From the NCBI GenBank assembly GCA_026388375.1, contig JAPLJX010000494.1:1-40811 (forward strand): 40,811 nt of DNA, written 5' to 3'. Position 1 is the stretch's first letter, and each line of letters begins with the position of its first letter. This DNA comes from Deltaproteobacteria bacterium (GTDB taxonomy: Bacteria; Desulfobacterota; Syntrophia; Syntrophales; UBA5619). This document shows, piece after piece, positions 7,374-15,694 of this stretch. The translations under genes and the position numbers were made by a program. The notes under the pieces were generated by a model, which was given only the letters and a program-made list of their open reading frames with translations, searched no databases and had not been told where the DNA came from.

Positions 7374-8225
7374 ATGGAAAAAACGAATCCGTACAAGGTT
7401 AAGGTGTTAGAAAAAACCTTAAATATCATAGATCTTTTTGACGAGAAGGGAAAAGAACTTACTCCCGCGGAAATCCGGGAATCATTAGACCTTAATAAAT
7501 CCACCATATTCCGGATCTTAAATATATTGGGAGATGCAGGCTATCTTGAAAAAAATTCCGTCACACTAAAGTATCGGTTAGGATTTAAATTATATCATTT
7601 GGGTTCTTTGGTGGAAGGCCGTTCAGAAATTAGAAACATAGCTCATCCTTTTTTAGAAGAACTGAAAGAAATGTGTGATGAGACTGTTCACCTCGTGGTG
7701 CTCGATAATGGTGAAGCTCTTTACCTCGATAAATTGGAAGGGAAAAAGGCCATCCGTGTCGTTTCCAATGTAGGCTGGAGGCTTCCAGCACACTGCTCAG
7801 GAGTGGGGAAGGTGTTGCTGGCATCCCTACCTGCCGAAACCGTTAGTAAAATTATTCAAGACAAAGGTTTAAAACGGTTCACAAATAATACGATCACAGA
7901 TATCGAGACTTTAAAGATTGAATTGGCCCGAATTCGAAAACAGGGTTATGCCGTCGATAATGAAGAGATCGAGGTAGGATTGAAATGTGTAGCTGCACCC
8001 CTTAAATATTCAAAGGACGAGGCGATTGCGGCCATTAGCATCTCAGGGCCTAAGGAGCGATTTAGCGGTGTTGAGATGAAACGACTTATCCCTTTGATCA
8101 AGAGTACTTCAGAACGGATCTCGGACGTTTTGAAGAGAAAGCATTGTGACCAAGAAGTATTAAAATTCCAAAATGAGGAAAAGGGACGTGCAGTTTTATC
8201 TCAGAATACAGGGAGGGTGCAATGA
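7374..8225 (+). CDS. IclR-family transcriptional regulator
   Basis: The N-terminal wHTH (LEKTLNIIDLF...LTPAEIRESLDLNKSTIFRILNIL..GYLEK) and a C-terminal IclR effector-domain pattern are both present. Confidence 0.9.
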   Translation: MEKTNPYKVKVLEKTLNIIDLFDEKGKELTPAEIRESLDLNKSTIFRILNILGDAGYLEKNSVTLKYRLGFKLYHLGSLVEGRSEIRNIAHPFLEELKEMCDETVHLVVLDNGEALYLDKLEGKKAIRVVSNVGWRLPAHCSGVGKVLLASLPAETVSKIIQDKGLKRFTNNTITDIETLKIELARIRKQGYAVDNEEIEVGLKCVAAPLKYSKDEAIAAISISGPKERFSGVEMKRLIPLIKSTSERISDVLKRKHCDQEVLKFQNEEKGRAVLSQNTGRVQ

Positions 8226-8262
8226 AGGTTTTCCGTGTTTATGCCGGAGTTAAAATGGGGCA

Positions 8263-10221
8263 TTGAAAGGGTCGGAAAACGGTTTTTCTATAATCAATTG
8301 CCGTATATCAGCGGGAAGGAGGAGAGATGAAGAAGGTCACAACCAATGCCTCTCATTCAACGATGTTGAGGGGTTCATCGCTCTGATCGGTCAGGGGAAG
8401 TTCCAGGATGCCTGGAAACTCATCAAGAACACAAACCCCTTTCCAGCGATCACCGGTCGGGTATGCTACGCCCATTGCGAAAAGAGTTGCAACCGCGCCA
8501 AATTCGACGAGCCGGTCGCCATCAATGCCCTAGAGCGTTTCCTCGGCGACATGGGGCATGAGAAAGGTTGGAAGCTTGCCCCTCCGTCGAAAAAGAAGCG
8601 GAAAAAAATCGCCATCATCGGATCGGGCCCCGCGGGACTCTCTTGCGCCTATTATCTCGCGCTTCAGGGATACCAGCCAGTGGTCTATGAAGAGAAGGAT
8701 GCCGGCGGTGGTATGCTGCGGGTGGGAATTCCCGAATACCGACTGCCTAAGACCGTTCTTGACCGAGAGATCCAGGAACTGAGAGAAATGGGGGTTGAGT
8801 TCAAATTTGGACAGCGGATGGGGAAGGATTTTGCCTTCCAGGACATTCAGAAGAACTACGACGCCCTTTTTGTGGCTACGGGAAGCCCAAAGAGCCGCCC
8901 CTTGAACGTTCCGGGAGAAGATTTACCCCAGATCGGTCCCGGGCTCGCTTTCCTCCAGGAGGTTAATTTCGGGAAGCGCCCATCCATTGGCCGGTGTGTT
9001 GCCGTCATCGGGGGAGGCAACACGGCCATCGATGCGGCAAGGGCCGCGCTCCGGTTGGGCGCTGAGGTGGCGTTGATTTATCGTCGCTCCCGGGAAGAGA
9101 TGCCGGCGAGCCGGGATGAGATAGACGCGGCTGAGAAAGAAGGGGTTAAGATCCAGTTCCTCCAGACCCCCATCGGTTTTTCCCCGGGGAAAGACGGGGT
9201 CGTGATGAAGGCGGTCCGCATGCAGTTAGGAGAACCGGATGATAGCGGCAGGAAGCGACCCGTCCCCGTCAAGGGTTCCGAGTTCGAGATGGCGTTTGAC
9301 CGGGTGTTCCTCGGGATTGGGGAGAATCCGGATTTATCGGCCTTACCGCAGGAAATTCCCCAGGCGGACGGCAAGGTCAAGGTGGACGGCCAAATGTTCA
9401 CGACAGTTCCCAATGTTTACAGTGGGGGGGACGTCGTCACTGGTCCCGCCTTTGTTTCCAAGGCCATCGGCATGGGGAAACGGGCGGCGCAGGCCATCGA
9501 ACAGCATTTATGCAAGTCGCCTGCCCAAACTCCCAATCCGACCAAGGTCATTCTTTTAAAGGATATGAACGTCGATTATTTTGACCTCTGCAAGAGAACC
9601 GATGTTCCCCACAAATCATGGTCTGAGGCGAGAAAAGATTTTTCAGAGGTGAAAGGAGGGTTCGATGCCGAAAAGGCTCTCTACGAGGCGTCCCGGTGCC
9701 TCCATTGCGCCGTTCCTCCGGTTTACGATGAAAAGCGGTGCCTGGGTTGCAGCAACTGCGAGCAGCGCTGTCCCCAACAGGCCATTTCCATGGTCCGCCG
9801 GGATGATCCTTTCGTCATCGGCGTCGATATGAGCATGGTGGACATGGTGAAGGTCAATGAAATCTGCCGGAAGGCCCGGTTCAACCCGGAACAGATTATC
9901 TGCTATTGCACCGAGACCCGGGCCGAAGAAGTTGCCGCCGCCATCCTGAAGGGGGCCAAGAACCCGGCGGAGATCGGCGCCATGACCGGGGCGGCCTCGG
10001 GGTGCAGTGTCGAGTGCATCCAGCCGATGCTCCGGATTCTAGAAGCCGCGGGCATCGACCCTGGAAAGCCCCAAGGGACCCAGTGGTACGGACGGACGAC
10101 GACGGTGTGGGAGGTTTCCCGCGAGGTTGCCGAAAGGCCCCAATACAAGAAATTCCATTTCCAGGACGATCGGGAACTTCTGAACCGAGTGGTTGCCAAA
10201 GAAGGGGGAAAAACGAAATGA
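8263..10221 (+). CDS. GltD-like NAD(P)H/FAD oxidoreductase fused to a ferredoxin-type Cys motif and a BFD-like [2Fe-2S] domain
   Basis: NPFPAITGRVCYAHCEKSCNR (GltD small-subunit cluster) and KIAIIGSGPAGLSCAYYL (dinucleotide fold) are present. The C-terminal part has CLGCSNCEQRCP and ICYCTETRAEEVAAAI...GAASGCSVEC (BFD-like). The start is uncertain: the TTG at 8263 is only the first possible codon. Confidence 0.8.
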   Translation: MKGSENGFSIINCRISAGRRRDEEGHNQCLSFNDVEGFIALIGQGKFQDAWKLIKNTNPFPAITGRVCYAHCEKSCNRAKFDEPVAINALERFLGDMGHEKGWKLAPPSKKKRKKIAIIGSGPAGLSCAYYLALQGYQPVVYEEKDAGGGMLRVGIPEYRLPKTVLDREIQELREMGVEFKFGQRMGKDFAFQDIQKNYDALFVATGSPKSRPLNVPGEDLPQIGPGLAFLQEVNFGKRPSIGRCVAVIGGGNTAIDAARAALRLGAEVALIYRRSREEMPASRDEIDAAEKEGVKIQFLQTPIGFSPGKDGVVMKAVRMQLGEPDDSGRKRPVPVKGSEFEMAFDRVFLGIGENPDLSALPQEIPQADGKVKVDGQMFTTVPNVYSGGDVVTGPAFVSKAIGMGKRAAQAIEQHLCKSPAQTPNPTKVILLKDMNVDYFDLCKRTDVPHKSWSEARKDFSEVKGGFDAEKALYEASRCLHCAVPPVYDEKRCLGCSNCEQRCPQQAISMVRRDDPFVIGVDMSMVDMVKVNEICRKARFNPEQIICYCTETRAEEVAAAILKGAKNPAEIGAMTGAASGCSVECIQPMLRILEAAGIDPGKPQGTQWYGRTTTVWEVSREVAERPQYKKFHFQDDRELLNRVVAKEGGKTK

Positions 10222-11663
10222 GAAATCAAATCATTCAACCGGCCCGTTTGCGGAAGTCCCAGTACGGCACCGACCCGGCGCTTGTGAAAAAGCGGGGGGC
10301 GGAGCTCCCCGGGATGACCTCGGTGTTGATCACCGACTTGTTCCCGAATCTTCCCAAGACGATCTACCCCGGAGAGGATGGGATCGCATCCATCCGCAGA
10401 AACACCGAGGCGACCCTGGCCAAGGTCGATTTGAGTCGCATCAAGAAGGGGCAAACGGTCAATATTCTGACCTCGCATCATGGGTTCACCATCCTGGGCG
10501 GCGAGCCCTATGCGGAGATGATCCGGACGATCAAGGATGTGGTGGCCGACCGGACCGGCGCCCAGGTGCGGCTGCGCTCCGGGGTGGGTCTGCGGTTTCG
10601 CGAAACGGAGGAATACATCAAGTCCTTTAAGCTCGATGAATATTTTGACGGGCAGGCCATGGGCATGGCGCCCATTGACCGGGGCATTCCCATCGAGACC
10701 GAAATCGGCACCCTCTTTGGACTCAAGAAGGCCTACGATGCAGACTGGATCATCCATGCCCACAACAGCGATATCCGGGAGGTCCATTTCCATCGCCAGG
10801 TGGACCGTGCCTTCAAGCCCTTCGGGATGTCCTACGCCCGGATCGAAACGAGGTCGACCTACCACCAGAACCTCGGTCCCCGGGGTGCGAACTTTGTGGC
10901 CCGCGCGATCTTCAACTCCGCATTTGTGCAGAGCAAATTCGCCTTTGCGTGTTTCCTGATGATGTCCCCTCACGGGGTGGTGAGTGTGGACGCGGACAAC
11001 AACCTGGATTCCCTCGACCAGAGGGTCAATGTGGCGGGCTTGAAATACTACGGGCAAATCTTGAGCCTTCTCGGCGAGATCGATCGGTGCGTCGCCGTCC
11101 TGGATTTCTCCTGCCCGGTCTGCTACGTCTTTGCCGGCGGGGTGATCTACGCCAACTTCCTGGGGGTGAACACGGACCTCTTTGACCTGGAGGGAACGCC
11201 CCTTCCTCCTTACACTTGGTACACGGAAGCATTCTATGATCATAAAGGCGAAGCCATGATCGCAGAAACGCCTCCGGTGAATCCCGCCATCAAGATGGTG
11301 GTCCAGAACCACGCCTGGGTCGGATATCCGAGCAAGTTCTTCGCCGAAAAAGTCCCCACGGTGGTCGTGGGCCGCGATCAGGCGGATCTCTTCAATATGG
11401 ATTCGCAGAACCTCCGGTATATGGAAACCGCGGTCGTGGCTGACAGCCTGGAAGGCGCCATGGACTTCGCCCACAAGGTCTCGGGGACCGATAACGTGAT
11501 CATTTTCGATGGCGCTCCTGGTGGATTCAACCTCAGCGTCCCCTTGGCGAAGCAGCTCGAAGAGGCCGCTCCACGCGTAAGCGCCAAGGTTGAAAAAGAA
11601 CTCCTGCCCATGTGGATGAAACAGCGGGGGATCGACCCTCAGGTTCTTAAGCAGATTCCCTAA
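10218..11663 (+). CDS. Uncharacterised 481-aa protein, distantly LarA/DUF2088-like (nickel-pincer racemase fold?)
   Basis: The ATG overlaps the upstream stop (ATGA). GQTVNILTSHHG, RLRSGVGLRFRETEEY and ADWIIHAHNSDIREVHF are co-linear with LarA segments NIVIISSDHTR, ILVATGFHRPSTHEE and ADLLISEGFIESHFF. This is recalled from memory, not searched. Confidence 0.35.
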   Translation: MRNQIIQPARLRKSQYGTDPALVKKRGAELPGMTSVLITDLFPNLPKTIYPGEDGIASIRRNTEATLAKVDLSRIKKGQTVNILTSHHGFTILGGEPYAEMIRTIKDVVADRTGAQVRLRSGVGLRFRETEEYIKSFKLDEYFDGQAMGMAPIDRGIPIETEIGTLFGLKKAYDADWIIHAHNSDIREVHFHRQVDRAFKPFGMSYARIETRSTYHQNLGPRGANFVARAIFNSAFVQSKFAFACFLMMSPHGVVSVDADNNLDSLDQRVNVAGLKYYGQILSLLGEIDRCVAVLDFSCPVCYVFAGGVIYANFLGVNTDLFDLEGTPLPPYTWYTEAFYDHKGEAMIAETPPVNPAIKMVVQNHAWVGYPSKFFAEKVPTVVVGRDQADLFNMDSQNLRYMETAVVADSLEGAMDFAHKVSGTDNVIIFDGAPGGFNLSVPLAKQLEEAAPRVSAKVEKELLPMWMKQRGIDPQVLKQIP

Positions 11664-11685
11664 AACGGAAAAGAAAGGAGCATTT

Positions 11686-12468
11686 ATGGACGAAAGCCGG
11701 ATCAAGACCCTGGCCGATATGTTGCTGAAGGCGGAGCAGACCCGCCAGCCTATTGGACCCATTACGGAGTCCGACCCCGGGATTACCGTTGACGAAGCCT
11801 ACCGCATTCAGCTCCGGGTCATGGAGATGAAGAAAACAGCAAGGCAGGTCGTGGTGGGGAAGAAGATCGGCCTCACCAGTCTGGCCATGCAGGCCATGCT
11901 CGGGGTCAAGGAGCCCGATTACGGGCACATCCTGAATGGCATGGTCGTCATGGAAGGGGAGAAGATCCCCGTAAGCGATCTTATCGCCCCGCGCATTGAG
12001 GGGGAAATCGCCTTTGTGCTGAAAGAAGATCTGAGGGGTCCCGGGGTGACCGTGACCGAAGTCCTGCGGTGCAGCGAAGGGGTGGTCCCGGCCCTTGAGA
12101 TCGTTGACAGCCGCATCCGGGACTGGAAGATCAAACTGCCCGACACGGTGGCGGATAACGCATCGAGCGCGCTGATCGTTCTGGGAGGCGTCCTCACCCC
12201 GGCGCAGGCGGTCGACCTGCGGACCGTGGGCATGGGGATGGAAAAGAACGGAGAGATCCTGGGCACGGCGGCCGGGGCGGCCGTGCTGGGGCATCCGGCC
12301 CAGGCCGTCGCCTGGCTGGCCAACAAGCTCTCCGCGTATGGGATCGTCCTTCAGAAAGGGGAGGTCGTCCTTTCCGGCGCCTTGGCAGCGGCCGCACCGT
12401 TTGCGGCGGGAGATTTTTTCCGCGCCGATTTCGGTTCCCTCGGGGATGTAAAAATCAAATTCAGATGA
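11686..12468 (+). CDS. 2-oxopent-4-enoate hydratase / 2-oxohepta-3-ene-1,7-dioate hydratase family (MhpD/HpcG, FAH fold)
   Basis: VDEAYRIQ, GKKIGLTS, PDYGHIL and RIEGEIAFVL give the classic family pattern. Confidence 0.85.
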   Translation: MDESRIKTLADMLLKAEQTRQPIGPITESDPGITVDEAYRIQLRVMEMKKTARQVVVGKKIGLTSLAMQAMLGVKEPDYGHILNGMVVMEGEKIPVSDLIAPRIEGEIAFVLKEDLRGPGVTVTEVLRCSEGVVPALEIVDSRIRDWKIKLPDTVADNASSALIVLGGVLTPAQAVDLRTVGMGMEKNGEILGTAAGAAVLGHPAQAVAWLANKLSAYGIVLQKGEVVLSGALAAAAPFAAGDFFRADFGSLGDVKIKFR

Positions 12469-12530
12469 TTAAGGAAGCGGCGAGATAACCCAACAGAGCA
12501 AGACAAACCCATTGGAAAAGGAGATTGATT

Positions 12531-13553
12531 ATGTCACACATGCGTAAAGTAACGGTATTTTTGGTCATGGCGCTGGGTTCCCTGCTGGTCGCGGGCGGCC
12601 TTTGCTTCGGCGCGGAGAAAGCAACGGCGAAACCGACAATCAATTTGAGGTTGGGCGATGTTGTTCAACCGACCCACCCCATGAATGTTGCGGCGGAAAA
12701 GTTTGCCAAAAAGGTCGCCGACAAGACCAACGGACGGATCAAGATTACGATTTTCCCGGCCCGCCAATTGGGCGACGACCGTCAACTGTTCGAACAGGTT
12801 CAGCAGGGCGCCCTTGATATGGGAGAAATCTCGGCCGCTCCTATGGGCAGCACCACGCCTTTGATGTCCGCGCTGCAGTTGCCCTTCCTCTTTACCAGTT
12901 GGGACCAGTATACCAAGGTCATGAAGAGTGAGGCGACAGCCAATCTCTTAAAAGGTCTTGAGAAAAATGGCATAAAAGGTTTGGCTGTATATAATGCCGG
13001 TTTCCGCCATTTCGTTTCCATTGCCAAGCCCATCAAGAAACCCGAGGACTTGAAAGGACTTAAGTTCAGGGTGGCCGAAACCCCGCTGCACCTGGACATT
13101 TTCCGGGCGCTGAACGCCAGCCCCACCCCCATGCCTTATGGGGAAATTTACAGCAGCTTGCAGAACAAGGTCATTGACGGACTCGAAATGGATCTTTCCG
13201 CCATTCAGATGGAGAAACACTATGAAGTGGCCAAATACGTGACCCTTTCCAGGCACTTCACCTGGCCGGCGGTCTTGATGATGAACCTGGCGAAGTTCAA
13301 CGCCCTTTCCCCCGAAGATCAGAAGATCATCGCCGATTCAGCCAAGGAAGTTATATCTGAAAACGTGAAGGATATCACTGATATTGAAAGCAAAGCCGTC
13401 GCCTACCTAAAGACCAAGAACGTAAAGATCGTTGAACTCACGCCAGCGGAGTTGGCCCCTTTCATTGAAGCCACCAAGAACATCGAACAAAAATATGCGG
13501 CACAGGATCCGCTCATTGCCGAATTTGTCAAGTACGCCCGATCGGTGAAATAA
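12531..13553 (+). CDS. dctP: TRAP transporter substrate-binding protein (DctP family)
   Basis: A signal peptide and a DctP-family pattern (GDDRQLFEQVQQGALDMGEIS) are present. SD AAAGGAG lies 7 nt before the ATG. Confidence 0.9.
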   Translation: MSHMRKVTVFLVMALGSLLVAGGLCFGAEKATAKPTINLRLGDVVQPTHPMNVAAEKFAKKVADKTNGRIKITIFPARQLGDDRQLFEQVQQGALDMGEISAAPMGSTTPLMSALQLPFLFTSWDQYTKVMKSEATANLLKGLEKNGIKGLAVYNAGFRHFVSIAKPIKKPEDLKGLKFRVAETPLHLDIFRALNASPTPMPYGEIYSSLQNKVIDGLEMDLSAIQMEKHYEVAKYVTLSRHFTWPAVLMMNLAKFNALSPEDQKIIADSAKEVISENVKDITDIESKAVAYLKTKNVKIVELTPAELAPFIEATKNIEQKYAAQDPLIAEFVKYARSVK

Positions 13554-13634
13554 GGTTGGAGTATTGTCTCGGGGGTGGCCGTACCGTCCTGGGTATGGCC
13601 ATCCCCGCTGGACAAAAAGGGGGAATTCGCGGTT

Positions 13635-14126
13635 ATGACAGCGCTTGAAACCATTGGAAGATATATTGATAAGGTCGCCAAAACCCTGACGCAAATATGC
13701 GTTGCGGTTATGACCATCATTATCACCCTGCAGGTATTTTTTCGTTATTTCTTAGGAAACCCCATCTTCTGGGCCGAGGAATTGGCCCGCTATTCCCTGG
13801 TGTGGATGACCTTCATCGGTGCGGCCGTGGGTCTGAGGGCAGGGATGCTGGCCTGTATGGATTTGCTTGTGACCAAGTTTTCCGCTCCCGTGCAGAAGTG
13901 GATTAGAGTCCTGGTTATTGTGGTGAACTGTGCGCTCCTTGGTTTTTTATTGTATTACAGTATCGTGCTGGTGGGAATACCGAGCGTGACCAGCCAGAGA
14001 TCGCCCGCCATGAGGCTGCCGATGTCCTATGTCTATTCGGCAATGCCCGTCGGTTTGGCCTTGATGTTGTTGCAGTCATTTGTCCAGTTGATGGAAACCC
14101 TGGCCGGAAAGAAGGTGGCAAACTAA
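13635..14126 (+). CDS. dctQ: TRAP transporter small permease (DctQ)
   Basis: About 160 aa with four hydrophobic helices. FRYFLGNPIFWAEELARY is typical of DctQ. The start was chosen at the internal ATG. Confidence 0.85.
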   Translation: MTALETIGRYIDKVAKTLTQICVAVMTIIITLQVFFRYFLGNPIFWAEELARYSLVWMTFIGAAVGLRAGMLACMDLLVTKFSAPVQKWIRVLVIVVNCALLGFLLYYSIVLVGIPSVTSQRSPAMRLPMSYVYSAMPVGLALMLLQSFVQLMETLAGKKVAN

Positions 14127-15403
14127 TGATAGTCGCGATTACGTTCATACTGTCACTGATGGTTGGATTGCCGATTGCCATGGCCCTCGGCGCGACCGGG
14201 GTTATGCACGCCCTCGCCATGCAGGACCCTTACCTGCTGGTGATGCTGCCTCAGCGCATGTTTGCCGCTTCCGACAGCTTCAGCCTCATGGCGATTCCCC
14301 TGTTTATCCTGGCCGGCGAGCTGATGGGTTTCGGCGGGGTGACCGAGAAATTGGCGGATATGTCACGGTCGGTGATCGGCCATATCAAAGGGGGGTTGGC
14401 CTATGTCACCGTTATCGTCGGTTGTTTTCTCGGCGCCCTGCTGGGTTCCGCCAATGCCGCCGCGGCCCTGCTGGGCCGCGTCTTGCAGCCGGAAATGAAG
14501 AAGGACGGCTACGATGATGTATTCAGCACCTGTCTGACGGCGGCCACATCCATCCTGGGTCCGATTATCCCTCCCAGCATGATTTTTATCGTTTACGGGG
14601 TGGCTGCCCAGCTTTCCATCGGTGAGCTGTTTTTTGCCGGGATCATTCCCGGCCTGATGCTGGCAGGCGCCTATATGGTCGTGATTTTCTTGTATGGGCG
14701 CAAGGCAAACTGGCCGATCCGTCCGCGGGCGACAGCAAAGGAAGTCGGCACGAGTTTTGTGAAAGCCGCCCCCTCCTTGCTGGTGCCCCTGATCATCCTC
14801 GGCGGCATCCTGGGCGGGGTGACCACCCCCACGGAGTCGGCGGCGACCGCTTCCGTGGCAGCCGTGTTCCTCGGCGCCGTGGTTTATAAAAAGCTGAAGA
14901 TCTCCCAGATCCCGGTGATACTGGAACGGACGGGCGTGACCAGCGCCTGCATTATGATCATTGTCGCCATGGCCAATATCCTGGGCTGGACCATGGCCCT
15001 GGATCAGATTCCCCAGATGATTGCCAGCTTTATGCTGTCGTTGACCACAAACAAGTACCTGGTCCTGCTCCTGGTCAATGTTTTCCTGCTGTTTGTGGGA
15101 ATGGTCATGGAAACCATTGCCGCCATTATCATCCTGGTGCCCGTTTTCCTGCCTGTTATCGACGCGGTGGGCATTGACCCGCTGCACTTCGGACTTGTGG
15201 TCAGTTTCAACCTGATCGTCGGTCTGATCACACCGCCGGTCGGTGTAGCCCTCTTCACCACCTCCATCGTTACCGGCACACCGCTCCAGAAATTGGTTAA
15301 GCCGATCTGGGTCTGGGTCGGCGCGGCCATGGTCGTACTGATGATCATCACGTATGTCCCCTCATTGGTCACCTTCTTACCCAGGACGCTCTTTAAGTAT
15401 TAG
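14126..15403 (+). CDS. dctM: TRAP transporter large permease (DctM)
   Basis: 425-aa polytopic protein with a DctM pattern. Its start overlaps the dctQ stop (TAATG). Confidence 0.9.
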   Translation: MIVAITFILSLMVGLPIAMALGATGVMHALAMQDPYLLVMLPQRMFAASDSFSLMAIPLFILAGELMGFGGVTEKLADMSRSVIGHIKGGLAYVTVIVGCFLGALLGSANAAAALLGRVLQPEMKKDGYDDVFSTCLTAATSILGPIIPPSMIFIVYGVAAQLSIGELFFAGIIPGLMLAGAYMVVIFLYGRKANWPIRPRATAKEVGTSFVKAAPSLLVPLIILGGILGGVTTPTESAATASVAAVFLGAVVYKKLKISQIPVILERTGVTSACIMIIVAMANILGWTMALDQIPQMIASFMLSLTTNKYLVLLLVNVFLLFVGMVMETIAAIIILVPVFLPVIDAVGIDPLHFGLVVSFNLIVGLITPPVGVALFTTSIVTGTPLQKLVKPIWVWVGAAMVVLMIITYVPSLVTFLPRTLFKY

Positions 15404-15433
15404 AGGGGCGCGTTTATTGAGGGATGATGAAAA

Positions 15434-15679
15434 ATGCATATCTATTTCAAGCCCTATCTTCCGCTGGCTTTTCCCGGCGGGCAGGAGGGAGGGACAATGG
15501 AGATTCCAAACGACGCCTCGGTGGCCGCTTTTCTCCAGTTTCTCGATGAACGCGGTTTATTGGGGGGATATGGTCCCCAAGGCGTCTTTGTCATTGTAGA
15601 AAACGGTGTCGTACAGGCAGATTATATCCTGCGGGAGGGGCAGACCGTGAAGGTCCTGCTCCAACCGCAGGGCGGTTAG
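15434..15679 (+). CDS. MoaD/ThiS-like beta-grasp sulfur-carrier protein (C-terminal Gly-Gly)
   Basis: 81 aa ending in LREGQTVKVLLQPQGG-stop. It lies immediately upstream of the AOR gene. Confidence 0.6.
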   Translation: MHIYFKPYLPLAFPGGQEGGTMEIPNDASVAAFLQFLDERGLLGGYGPQGVFVIVENGVVQADYILREGQTVKVLLQPQGG

Positions 15680-15694
15680 CAAGGAGGAAAGACC

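Noticed and set aside
9903-11762. 619-aa minus-strand ORF, the longest in this area
   Set aside because: It lies antisense to two plus-strand genes with clear family signatures (the GltD-like C-terminus and the LarA-like protein). Its product is an Arg/Gly/His/Pro-rich low-complexity sequence typical of shadow ORFs in GC-rich coding DNA, and it has no SD.
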